Part shown: positions 45,193-54,085 of the stretch, piece by piece
How positions within the stretch are numbered: the first letter of the stretch is position 1
Layout: each line of letters begins with the position of its first letter
IMG/VR virus record: IMGVR_UViG_3300022719_000283
Location: 188,067 to 252,066 of that record
DNA: 64,000 nucleotides
Source of the DNA: a virus
Taxonomy: Duplodnaviria; Heunggongvirae; Uroviricota; Caudoviricetes
Reading direction: 5' to 3' (one strand)
Position numbers and translations under genes: made by a program
Notes under the pieces: model-generated
The model's input: the letters and a program-made list of their open reading frames with translations, nothing else
What the model was told of the DNA's origin: nothing
Database searches by the model: none

Positions 45193-45468
45193 GGTCTCAC
45201 TCGATCTCCCGGTAAGGAGCTCCATGAGGAAATTTTCACGGCACATGAAGGCACCCTCTGCTAGCTTCACATGGTGAGCGAGTTGCCCGAAACTGTTCGA
45301 CGTGCCTACGAGGCCGAAATTCGACGGCTCGAAGAGGCACTCGAACATGCGACAGAAGATGAGGCCGCGAAGATCCGGGAATCAATCGTGGATCTTCAAA
45401 TGGAGCTCATGTCCGAGATGTTCGACATCAACTAAGCGCCGTTACCGCTCCTTTGTTTTCACGTAGAT

Positions 45469-45963
45469 GTGGAAACGGTCCCGACGCTTGAGATGTACTT
45501 CTACGATCGGGTGGAGCCCTCGTCGCTCCACGGGGATGTGAAAGCGTACCTGGTAATGCGGCTCGCCCACTGGGCGAAGAACGAGCCAGCCAACGACACC
45601 GCGCTTGGGATCGCCTACATGGAGGCGATCCACGCGCACCGCTGGCAGCTCCGAGAAATCGGAGACCGGGCGCTGTACTGGGCCGGCGTCGTGCCCCACA
45701 GCATGGGTCCGATGGTCACACGCCGGTATGTGGAAGACGTGGGGAGCTCCGCCTATGCCCGGTTCGCCGAGGCCATCGACTCAGCGCTGTTCTGGACCCT
45801 CTCAGAGGCGTTCAGGGAGGCCACAGACGTGTTGTACGAAGCCTGCCGGGGTCACGACGAACCCATCGAAGAGCTCGTCCAAAGGGCACTCAGGAACGCT
45901 GACGAGCGCGACGAAGAAGAACTCCGCCAGCAGGGGGTCGTGCTACTCAAACATCCCCGATAA
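45469..45963 (+). CDS. Hypothetical protein (164 aa, plus strand)
   Basis: ORF with helical, acidic C-terminus. An unlisted 55-aa ORF at 45272-45436 precedes it in the same orientation. Confidence 0.45.
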   Translation: METVPTLEMYFYDRVEPSSLHGDVKAYLVMRLAHWAKNEPANDTALGIAYMEAIHAHRWQLREIGDRALYWAGVVPHSMGPMVTRRYVEDVGSSAYARFAEAIDSALFWTLSEAFREATDVLYEACRGHDEPIEELVQRALRNADERDEEELRQQGVVLLKHPR

Positions 45964-46044
45964 AGACACCAGACCAAGAGTTTCAAGCCTTTACTCTTGC
46001 GCACGGAGCCCCGTGCTGCTCCATGCACGCGACCCCAAGAGGGC

Positions 46045-46326
46045 TTATGGCCACTCAGAGCAAGCAATGACCTCGGGATTCTTCGTGTCTCGGAACACGT
46101 CCCAAAGTAGGCGCTCGGATCCGGCCTCGTCGTCCATGCGGATCTTGATCTTCCGGGCGCCCCCTTCGTAGACCTGGTCAATTTGGATACCATCAAGAGT
46201 CGCCACGTCCTCGAGAGAGCCTTCGTTTTCCCAGCAGGCACGGGCGACCTCAAATGCCTGGATCAGGTTCTTCGCCACGACCCAATACGTAGCACATACG
46301 TCGACTTCGTAGAGGTTCATCTCCAT
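46045..46326 (-). CDS. Small hypothetical protein
   Basis: Start set at the internal MEMNLYEV. The 120 aa upstream of it in the listed ORF are R/S-rich and look non-coding. Confidence 0.4.
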   Translation of the reverse strand: MEMNLYEVDVCATYWVVAKNLIQAFEVARACWENEGSLEDVATLDGIQIDQVYEGGARKIKIRMDDEAGSERLLWDVFRDTKNPEVIACSEWP

Positions 46327-46531
46327 TGTTGTGTCCTTCGTTACCGGTAAATGCCGAGGCTGGCCTTCGGTGGATCTTCTTTTTGGGTCCCCAACATTCC
46401 CGCGGCTTTGAGGGTGTAGTACGCTGCGGCCGTAGGGATGATGTAGACAGTGCTCTGCTTCTCGATGTGCTCGGCTAGTGACGGCATCCCGAGCCGCCGG
46501 GCGAGCTCGGCCTGTGCTCGGGCCTCGGGAC

Positions 46532-46870
46532 TCACGGACGGCCCTGCTCACGGATAAGCTTGAGGAGGAGCTTGATCTCAGGGAAATGCCCGTACTTTTC
46601 CTCGATCTTCGGCAGTTTTTCGCCGTACAGTTTGTCGTACTCCTCAAGCGCTTGATTGGCCTTCGACGCAATGGAGTCATCCTCATGACCGCAGAGCTTT
46701 CGGAGCTCCGTCATGTTGAAACTGACGGTCCCGAGACCACGAAGCGCTCCCCACAGCTCCCTCTCAGCCCGGCTCTTGTCGCAGTTGTGGACCCCGTTTC
46801 CGGGGATGTCATCGCCGCACCGTGGGCAGTGTCGTGGTAAAAGACATCGTTCGTCTCCTGGCATCTCCAC
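46532..46870 (-). CDS. Cys-rich small protein (112 aa)
   Basis: CPRCGDD...HNCD. Preceded by a variant of the recurrent upstream element; GTG start. Confidence 0.45.
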   Translation of the reverse strand: MEMPGDERCLLPRHCPRCGDDIPGNGVHNCDKSRAERELWGALRGLGTVSFNMTELRKLCGHEDDSIASKANQALEEYDKLYGEKLPKIEEKYGHFPEIKLLLKLIREQGRP

Positions 46871-46931
46871 CCTTCTACCCCCCCTTTCCGGCGCTCTCCC
46901 GTATTTTCACGTTCCTCGCCCGTGCGGCACC

Positions 46932-49055
46932 TCACCGCCCGGCCTTCTTCTTGCCCTTGTTCTTCGCCTCGACGTCGGCGACGAACTTCGCGTACTCCAT
47001 CTTGTGGTGCTCGAGCAGGCCCGCGTAGCGCTTCTCGTCGCTGAACTGCTCGACGCCCGCCATGTCCTTCTCGTTGAAGGCCATCTCGCCCCGCATGTTC
47101 TCCGTGCCGTAGTCGAAGGTGACCACGAGGTGCGAGGACGAGTGACCCTCCCCGCTTCCTCGAAGGACGCGGCCTACAGCCTTGAGCGGGATCATGGACG
47201 GGGGTCGTGCACTCGCGTCGACGTGGAGGTGCCCCATCTTCGACTGCGTGCCGCTCAGGACCCCGATCGCGTACCGCTCCGCATCCTCCTTCTTCGCCCA
47301 GCACCCCTGGGCCCAGCAGAATGATCCGTCTTCGATCTTCGACGCGTCGAAGACGAAGTAGTCGCCCTTCTTGACGGTCGAGGGTGGCTCACGCCGACGT
47401 TCATCGTCCTCGGGGGGATTCGTGACCCCGTAGTCGAACTCGGCCACGTACCTGTCGAGGTCCGTCTCCTGCATCCAGCGGTCGAACTCCTCGTCGAAGA
47501 CGATGTCCGGGTACTTCTTCCGGTAGGCCCGGTAGACCTCGACGAACTTCGCCATATTGTCCCTGGCAAAGGGGACTTCGTAGGCCGGAGGATACACGTC
47601 GGTGTTGAGCCGGGGCTCCTCCCCGTGCCTGATCGCGCTCTGGCAGATGTTGAGTCCGAGCAGCACGAAACTCGGCGCGAGATCGGGGAAGGGGCCGAAC
47701 ATGCTCTCGCCGAGGCCGGCGCCGAGGCAGATGGCGTCGTAGTCCTCCGAGGGGCTCCCCCACGGGCCCTGGAAATCGAAGGAGCCGATGTCGCCGTACT
47801 CGGCCGCGAGCTGCTTGACCTCGTCGGTCACCACGGTGCGCGGGAACCCGTTCTCATGCCAGTCGTCGGCACGCGACGTGAACATGGCCTGCCGAGCCGC
47901 GTGGGCGAACGAGTGGAGACGCTGCTCGTCGTCGAACTCCTTCCACCGCTCGATGGCAGCCTCCATGCTCTGGTCGCCGTCAAGGCTGCTCACGCCCATG
48001 TACAGAGTCGGCCATGAGAGACACTGCTGGAGCAGAACCTCGGTGGCGGTGTAGCTCTTTTCACGCTCTTCCTGGATGTAGTCGCGTACGGGATCCGGTT
48101 CCCGAACCCACTCGAACGTCGCGAACTCGACGATGCCCGCATCTCGGTTGACCCCTTGTTCCTGCCGAAACTTGTAGACCCCCGGCTTCACGTCCACGAC
48201 GTGCACGGTCCAGTGCTCGATGATCTCCTTGACCGTCCTGTCGGGCGTGTGATGGGCCACGCGACGCACGAACTCGTCGTAGTCCGCGATCGAATACCAC
48301 CACAGATCAGTGCAGATAGAGGCGACGGGCTCTTCCCACGGGCACGGGTCAGGGTTCGGGTAATCCTCGTTCTTTTCCCGGTCCCACAGGTCCTCACGGT
48401 AGCTGCCGATGACGAACTTGTCCTCCCCGTTACGGTAGACCTCGGGACTGGTGTTGCCCACGAAGCCGTAGGCCATGCCGACCTTGGCCGCCGCAAGGCT
48501 GCTCAGGTGACAGCCGATCATGGCGTTCACGTTGTAGTCCTCGTCGACGGGGAACCACTGTCGCAGGTCATCGTCCACGACGATCTTCCCGGACGGCACG
48601 TTGAGCTCGTACTCGGTGATGAGCCCGTCGGGGTAGGGGCACGCTTCGTTGAAAGCCACAAAGCCCTTCCCATTGAAGGCCAGGCTGAACACGGCTCCAC
48701 AGAACGTGCATTCGTGCCGCAAACTTAAAGAAGCCAGGGAGATGGGCTCTTCGAGCTCAACCCCAGCCTCAATGGCATCCGCGAACTTTTGGAGCTGCGG
48801 GACCTGCATGAACCCCCATAGGAGGGATTCCCGAACCATGTCTCTGAGCCGTTTTTCGGGGCTGTCGAACCATCCTTCGTCATGCCAGTACTTTCCGCTG
48901 CGGTAGTGCCCTCGCCAGTCGAGAAGATCTCCACCCTTGCAGAAGGGCATGAGCATCTCCTGCACCTTCATCGCAAGCTGGAAGCGCTCGTGCGCCTCTC
49001 CGGAATCGTCGGCCATGAGCTCCTTGAGTCGGGTCAAATCATCGATTTGCGGCAT
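46932..49055 (-). CDS. Large hypothetical protein (707 aa)
   Basis: Long ORF, Trp/Asp/Glu-rich, several Cys pairs, no named motif. Confidence 0.6.
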   Translation of the reverse strand: MPQIDDLTRLKELMADDSGEAHERFQLAMKVQEMLMPFCKGGDLLDWRGHYRSGKYWHDEGWFDSPEKRLRDMVRESLLWGFMQVPQLQKFADAIEAGVELEEPISLASLSLRHECTFCGAVFSLAFNGKGFVAFNEACPYPDGLITEYELNVPSGKIVVDDDLRQWFPVDEDYNVNAMIGCHLSSLAAAKVGMAYGFVGNTSPEVYRNGEDKFVIGSYREDLWDREKNEDYPNPDPCPWEEPVASICTDLWWYSIADYDEFVRRVAHHTPDRTVKEIIEHWTVHVVDVKPGVYKFRQEQGVNRDAGIVEFATFEWVREPDPVRDYIQEEREKSYTATEVLLQQCLSWPTLYMGVSSLDGDQSMEAAIERWKEFDDEQRLHSFAHAARQAMFTSRADDWHENGFPRTVVTDEVKQLAAEYGDIGSFDFQGPWGSPSEDYDAICLGAGLGESMFGPFPDLAPSFVLLGLNICQSAIRHGEEPRLNTDVYPPAYEVPFARDNMAKFVEVYRAYRKKYPDIVFDEEFDRWMQETDLDRYVAEFDYGVTNPPEDDERRREPPSTVKKGDYFVFDASKIEDGSFCWAQGCWAKKEDAERYAIGVLSGTQSKMGHLHVDASARPPSMIPLKAVGRVLRGSGEGHSSSHLVVTFDYGTENMRGEMAFNEKDMAGVEQFSDEKRYAGLLEHHKMEYAKFVADVEAKNKGKKKAGR

Positions 49056-49136
49056 ACCACCCTTTGTACACTCTTCCGGACGAAGTCGGCGTTCTGAAGG
49101 TATGAGGCACCCCAGAACACAAAATCCGGTTGATCC

Positions 49137-49454
49137 CTAGTCCTTACGGGCGAGGGCGAAAAGCCGATCCCGGATATCCGAAATTTCACCATATTCAGCG
49201 TTGGTGAGATCCTCCCCCATGAGGTCGAGCTCCGAAGCCATGCGGAGCAGTATGTCGCGCTCCGTCCCCTCCATGAACTCGAAACGGCCCTCGTCCTCAA
49301 ATTCGTCTTTGGGACGCACCCAAACCGTGCCGTTCAGAAGGTTTCTGTAGATGACAACATCGCCGCATGTCTCGCTGTCCTTCCCGAACTCGAGAATCTC
49401 GTAGCGACCGCCCTTCTTGTGTCGGTACCTTTGTCCCTTGATTGCTTGTGCCAT
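49137..49454 (-). CDS. DUF1653-family protein
   Basis: YRHKKGGRYEILEFGKDSETCGDVVIYRNLLNGTVWVRPKDEF matches the DUF1653 consensus YRHYKGG.YEVL.....SET.E.VVYR.L.......WVRP...F. Confidence 0.55.
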   Translation of the reverse strand: MAQAIKGQRYRHKKGGRYEILEFGKDSETCGDVVIYRNLLNGTVWVRPKDEFEDEGRFEFMEGTERDILLRMASELDLMGEDLTNAEYGEISDIRDRLFALARKD

Positions 49455-49996
49455 AGTCTATCGTTCTACTCTTGCCACAGCTCTTCAGGACGCAAGGTGA
49501 CAACATAGCCCACAACCACTCCCCTATTGAATGCGCTCAACGGGCCTGATCGAGCTCCACGGTGGGCTCAAGTGATTTGAAGCTCTTGGGGGGAGGGGAA
49601 CAGCTCACGTCAGCACAATGGCCGCAGTGCTTGCGATGCCTCCTCGCTATGGCCGACGAGTCGGCGCGCGACCGAGGTCAGACTACGACGTCCCGGCCGA
49701 TGACGATGATCTGGCTGAAACACGTTGAAAGGCCGAGGTTCCCGCGACCCCATGTGGCCCAGCCGCCTCCCCAGAGCTCATGAGGCTCATTGTGGTAGTG
49801 CTCTGGGGTCTTGACAGACCCCATCGGCACGGGCTCGTGCATCGTAGGAAACCGCTGAGGACTCGTGATCGTTTCTCCGTGGCCAGACATCTCAGGGGTT
49901 TTACCCCCCGTGGGGATGCCCATGTCTTCCCCTTTCTCGGGGGTCCCGTCGGCCTGCGCTCCTGGCCGGCGAAGGAGGGCATCTCAGGGGCTCTAC

Positions 49997-50413
49997 CTAT
50001 TTTTCCTCGGGCGCCCTGTCGGCAGCGCGCACCTCCCGGAGGGCCGGATCGTTCAGAGTCCTGCACTCGACCTCCGCCAAAACCGCGTTGCCTCTCGCCT
50101 CGAGCTCGGCATCCTCCGTCAACCGTCCTAGCGCCAGTGCCGTCTGTCCGTACTCCTTCAACAGCTCAAATCGCATGAGGTTGCCCAGGAATGCCGGTGT
50201 TGCATCGTGGAATCGACCGAAAGTCTTCCAGTGACGTCGCAGATGCTTTAGCAGCTCACGCTCCTCCTTGGTGCCCAGCCACCTTTGGAACTTGTCTATG
50301 GCCTCGGAACGGTTCAACAGGAGTAGGGCCGCGAGGGGCTCCTCAAACGCTATCCCGATCACAGCAAGCAACTGAAAAACCGGGTGCCGAGACGCCTTCA
50401 TCATGAAACCCAT
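49997..50413 (-). CDS. Hypothetical protein (138 aa)
   Basis: ORF; GGGTAGAGGTAGAG lies just upstream of its start. Confidence 0.4.
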   Translation of the reverse strand: MGFMMKASRHPVFQLLAVIGIAFEEPLAALLLLNRSEAIDKFQRWLGTKEERELLKHLRRHWKTFGRFHDATPAFLGNLMRFELLKEYGQTALALGRLTEDAELEARGNAVLAEVECRTLNDPALREVRAADRAPEEK

Positions 50414-50592
50414 GACCCACTCTACCTCTACCCAAGAGCCTCAGCGTGGCTTGGGAACGTCCATGACTTGCACGCAGACGGGGACGCCATCAATCTCGGA
50501 AGGGAACTCGTTCTCGATGCTCGCGTCGTAAAGACGCACCTCCACACTGTCCCCGGGCCCGATTCCAATCGAGAATTCACCCTCGTGCGCCT

Positions 50593-51009
50593 TCATCTGC
50601 TTGAGCACTTCCTTCCCTCGGGGGTCACCACGGCCTCCAGAGAGGCGTCAGGGCCCTCGTGAGGGATGGGGAGACAGTAGACGCACCCACCCGTCTTCTT
50701 GGCCTGATCGGCCTCATAGCGGTCCACAGCGACTCTCAGGGTGTCCTGGCGCCGGTGCCGGATAAAAGGGAGCCGTCTCGGCATTCCCGGCCTGCCCGGC
50801 TCCTCGCTCAGGACACGGTTGTAAAGATCCCTCCACGGGCCCGGATGGCCCACCGCCCACTCGAGCTCGTCGCCCTCCTCGGGGCTCAGGAGGCCGCTCA
50901 GCCAGTCCTCGATGCGTTTTCGGTCGTTCATCCCGCCCTCACCAGGAAGACGGAGGCCGGGGGCAAGACCTGACAGATGGGACTCGATTTTCTCGTCGTT
51001 GTGGCTCAT
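50593..51009 (-). CDS. Hypothetical protein
   Basis: Start set at MSHNDEK; contains CVYC. Confidence 0.35.
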   Translation of the reverse strand: MSHNDEKIESHLSGLAPGLRLPGEGGMNDRKRIEDWLSGLLSPEEGDELEWAVGHPGPWRDLYNRVLSEEPGRPGMPRRLPFIRHRRQDTLRVAVDRYEADQAKKTGGCVYCLPIPHEGPDASLEAVVTPEGRKCSSR

Positions 51010-51419
51010 CGGGGGTTCTACATGGAACACTCCCCCGAAACCCGAAGCTGATACCCCTTCGTGAAAAAGAAGGCGCGAGGGCCTCTGGGGTCAGCGCTTC
51101 GGCAGCTCGTAGACCCCGAGGAGCGCGGCCACCTCGGCGCAGTTGCGAGCTCGAGGGATGGTCGGGCTATTGATCCGGCAGGTCTCGCACTCGCAGACGC
51201 CGATCTTGAACCCGTAGTCCTTCATGTTCTGGCACCGCACCCGCGGCCAAGCTCCGAACACGCCGTGGGGCGGGGAACGTCGCGCCCGCGTCCTGTGCAC
51301 GCCGTCCCAACGTGAAACTCTCACGGAGACTGCGCTCGAGCTCGGTTTCCGGGGGCCCTTGGCTTCCCACCTCGACTTTCACCCGTCGTGCGCGCTCCAC
51401 ATTCATGTCGCTCATGCGG

Positions 51420-51722
51420 TCACTCTACTCGTTCTTCAGCGACAGGCCGGGCGCAAGCCCGCGCCTGCTCAGGGGTGAGAACTCGAACTCGTTGGGTGCC
51501 CTGGGTCAGCTCCAGTGTGTCCCCGTCGCGGACCCTCTCTCGGAGATAGAGTTGCCGCAGGAGACACTCTCGCACGAGTTGATCCTCCGGCATCTCGGGA
51601 TACACAGCCCGAAGACGATCCCATTGGTCCTGGTAGATCGTGCAGGAGACCGTAACCTCCTTGGTTTTGCCGAGGTCGATGTCCGCAGAGCTTACGTGGT
51701 CGGGGCCGGTGTGAAAGGGCAT
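51420..51722 (-). CDS. Possible ribbon-helix-helix-type small DNA-binding protein
   Basis: Start set at MPFHTG. TKEVTVSCTIYQDQWDRLRAVYPEM resembles an RHH beta-strand plus helix. Preceded by a variant of the recurrent upstream element. Weak. Confidence 0.3.
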   Translation of the reverse strand: MPFHTGPDHVSSADIDLGKTKEVTVSCTIYQDQWDRLRAVYPEMPEDQLVRECLLRQLYLRERVRDGDTLELTQGTQRVRVLTPEQARACARPVAEERVE

Positions 51723-51827
51723 CTCGCTCCTTCTACTCCTTCCTCGGGCGCTCGGGTAGAGTGACCTCGAGAGCACCGCAGCAAAGTGGGCGTAGCGCTG
51801 GCCCAAGAGTCGTGTGGAACCGGTAGA

Positions 51828-51852
51828 AGGGGTTCGATTCCCCCGGTGCGAG
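51828..51852 (+). other. tRNA-like 3' fragment: T-arm and acceptor 3' strand
   Basis: aGGGG-TTCGATT-CCCCC is a canonical T-stem and loop, followed by GGTGCGA and a G. No matching 5' acceptor strand, D-arm or anticodon arm could be folded upstream. A perfect 6-bp hairpin gggtat...ataccc follows at about 51852-51870. Coordinates are within 1 nt. Confidence 0.4.
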
Positions 51853-51916
51853 GGTATTTAGCTGATACCCAGGTACTCACTCCCTCAAGAACGACCTTGA
51901 GGGAGTGGGTTCTTTT

Positions 51917-52108
51917 TCACGAATCGAAACGCCCCTGCACCGCTCCACGAACCCAACGGAGGTATTCGCCGTGCTCCAGCTTCTTGAAGTGCTCGCAGTG
52001 TGGTTTCGTATGAACGACCACGATCGCCTCACCCTCCGGAGAACGTGGCATGACCACCGCGGTCCCCCCACATGGGCACTCGCCCGCCATGATTTCGTTG
52101 GCCTCCAC
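51917..52108 (-). CDS. Cys/His-rich small protein (63 aa)
   Basis: CPCGG...HTKPHCEHF. Immediately downstream of copy B of the conserved 47-nt upstream element. Confidence 0.4.
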   Translation of the reverse strand: MEANEIMAGECPCGGTAVVMPRSPEGEAIVVVHTKPHCEHFKKLEHGEYLRWVRGAVQGRFDS

Positions 52109-52301
52109 GACTGATTCTACCCCTTCGGAGGGCGCCCCCTCTTTTTACGTTCCTGGCCAGTCAGTACCGACGAATCCAGTGGCGAGGCAACAGGTCCTTG
52201 TATTGAAGCCACCGTCCGGGGTTGCTCCCTTCCTCGAGTTCGACGATGACAAGCCCCCATGAAGTGCGATTACGTCGCAGCAACCTTGTCATGGGTCAGT
52301 C

Positions 52302-52718
52302 TTACCGCAAATCCACTGAAACCGCAGAAACACGAACAAGACGTTCGTAGTTGCTCCGCAACAACGAAGGGTAGTCAGGTGAGGCCATCACTTCCGTGTA
52401 GCTCCTACCCAACGCCTCGTAGGCATAAGCATCTACGTCCCAACCCCGAGACTCCAATGCCTCAGCCGTTCGGTTGAAAAGAGCGTGCGCATTCCCTAAC
52501 CACGTGCCCTCTGGACACGCAAGAAGGAATCGAACAGGATCTTCTCCCTTTCCCACAACATCCACACAAGGACCCGCATCCTCCAACACCTCCTCGGCGT
52601 CGCCCGGACAGACGGGGCCTCCTCCACACTTCAGGCAAAACCTTGCCCAACCATCAGCGCGGTGCGAACAAGTGTCCTTGTGGTACAGACCGTCCCGGCG
52701 AAAAACGTAGTTTGCCAC
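52302..52718 (-). CDS. Cys-rich hypothetical protein (138 aa)
   Basis: CLKCGGGPVCPGD...CVD. Confidence 0.4.
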   Translation of the reverse strand: MANYVFRRDGLYHKDTCSHRADGWARFCLKCGGGPVCPGDAEEVLEDAGPCVDVVGKGEDPVRFLLACPEGTWLGNAHALFNRTAEALESRGWDVDAYAYEALGRSYTEVMASPDYPSLLRSNYERLVRVSAVSVDLR

Positions 52719-53049
52719 GGGAGCATCTTACCAAAATCGGAGTATCGGCGAGCGCCACCCTTGCGTCACACGTCTCTTTGGCCTCTGCCTCGGAGAAACA
52801 CACGCCCCCGACGAGCCACTCGTCGGACCCGTGCCAGCGCTCAGGCTCGCTGCCTTGGAAGGACACCGACCACGTCCAGTACTCCTCTTGCGGCGACCGC
52901 TCGTTCACGATCTTCTCGAGCTCGTGGCGCGGCTCACGAGGCGCCGAGTGGGCGACGTGCCACCTCCACTCGGGGTCAGGCCAGTACTCCCACTTCTCGA
53001 CGGTAGACACTCGAGGGTTGTCGACGACGGCGTGCTCCCACTCGGTCAT
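52654..53049 (-). CDS. Trp-rich hypothetical protein (131 aa)
   Basis: Preceded by GGGGTAGAAGGAGGGCCATG. Its C-terminal end overlaps the next gene. Confidence 0.4.
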   Translation of the reverse strand: MTEWEHAVVDNPRVSTVEKWEYWPDPEWRWHVAHSAPREPRHELEKIVNERSPQEEYWTWSVSFQGSEPERWHGSDEWLVGGVCFSEAEAKETCDARVALADTPILVRCSRGKLRFSPGRSVPQGHLFAPR

Positions 53050-53072
53050 GGCCCTCCTTCTACCCCAACCAA

Positions 53073-53108
53073 AGAGAAGACCCCGAGGCCGAAACCGCGG
53101 GGGTCTCT
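53073..53108 (-). terminator. Candidate intrinsic terminator after the 53118-53555 gene
   Basis: Imperfect 8-9-bp stem AGACCCCG / CGGGG(G)TCT with one bulge. On the minus strand it is followed by UUUGGUUGGGG. Confidence 0.3.
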
Positions 53109-53117
53109 CCCGTCAGG

Positions 53118-53555
53118 TCAGGCCGCACGGTAACTCCACCACGTCCGGTATTTGCAACCTGGACACTCCCACTGGTGCGCCACCTCGGGCCCCCTCGCCT
53201 GCACCTCCCCCGTGGAACGCACGGGACCCCCCGAGCAGCGTAGGCCGTCCTGACGGTACGGGCATTCCATCTCGTCGGGCTCCTCGTAGACGACCCGCAC
53301 GGTCTCGCCGACCAACCACCCCCTTGAACTTCGGTCCGGGTGCCAAGCGACCCACAGCGAGTCGTCCCCGGTCTTGCGCGTCACGGAGAAGTGGAACGGC
53401 ACCCCGTCACGACCGGCCCAGACGTAGGGCTTCTCGACGAGCTCACGGCCATCAACGAATACACGCAATGTGCCCCGTCGAGCAGGTCTCCGAGTCCAAA
53501 ATGGACCAGCACAGTGCGGCTCCCTCGGGGCCGGGAACGACTCAATCCTCAACAC
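53118..53555 (-). CDS. Cys-containing hypothetical protein (145 aa)
   Basis: ECPYRQ...CPGCK. Preceded by an element variant (GAAGGTGTAGAAGGAGGG). Confidence 0.4.
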   Translation of the reverse strand: MLRIESFPAPREPHCAGPFWTRRPARRGTLRVFVDGRELVEKPYVWAGRDGVPFHFSVTRKTGDDSLWVAWHPDRSSRGWLVGETVRVVYEEPDEMECPYRQDGLRCSGGPVRSTGEVQARGPEVAHQWECPGCKYRTWWSYRAA

Positions 53556-53635
53556 ACAGCCCTCCTTCTACACCTTCCTCGGGCGCCTTCAGTCCGCGCG
53601 TTCCTGAAACGCGGGACGGTTGGCCCCGTGCCGGC

Positions 53636-54076
53636 TCAGCACTCCGGACACCGAACCGACGAAATCATCCCGATGTTACCGGTGCCCCCACAGCGGCGAC
53701 ACGTCAGCGGCTTGCCCGCCCCGAACCTCCAAGACGAGCCGTCCCGGGCCACGAACACGATCTCCTCCGCGTCCAAATCGGCCTTTTTGAAAGCCATGAC
53801 CAGACGACCCCACAGAGTGGCTTGGAGACCTGCTCGGATGAGTTTCGCGTTACACTCGATGTCCAAAATGTCCCGGCTGAACTGCCTCAAGTCAGCGTAG
53901 GCAGCGGTACCCAACCCGAATACGTCCACATCCACGTTGTGGACGTGCTCGAGGTGATCCAGCACCTCCCCCAGGGGACCTGGGGAGAGAGGCCGGGGAA
54001 TGAAATCCATCCCCGGCACGACGAGAACACGATGCGACCCCTCCGTAATGATGTCCCTGGCTCGAGCGAGCTCCAC
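53636..54076 (-). CDS. Partial capsid-protein paralog fused to a C-terminal zinc ribbon
   Basis: YADLRQFSRDILDIECNAKLIRAGLQATLWG has 22 of 29 residues identical to YADIRKFGRDILDIESQATLLKTGLQATLWG in 60096-60974. The encoding DNA is also similar. Ends CRRCGGTGN...CPEC. Confidence 0.6.
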   Translation of the reverse strand: MELARARDIITEGSHRVLVVPGMDFIPRPLSPGPLGEVLDHLEHVHNVDVDVFGLGTAAYADLRQFSRDILDIECNAKLIRAGLQATLWGRLVMAFKKADLDAEEIVFVARDGSSWRFGAGKPLTCRRCGGTGNIGMISSVRCPEC

Positions 54077-54085
54077 GTTGCAACT

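Noticed and set aside
51770-51855. Complete tRNA gene
   Set aside because: Only the T-arm and 3' acceptor strand are convincing. The 5' acceptor strand needed (tcgcacc) is absent, and no D-arm or anticodon stem could be folded. It is reported as a tRNA-like fragment instead.
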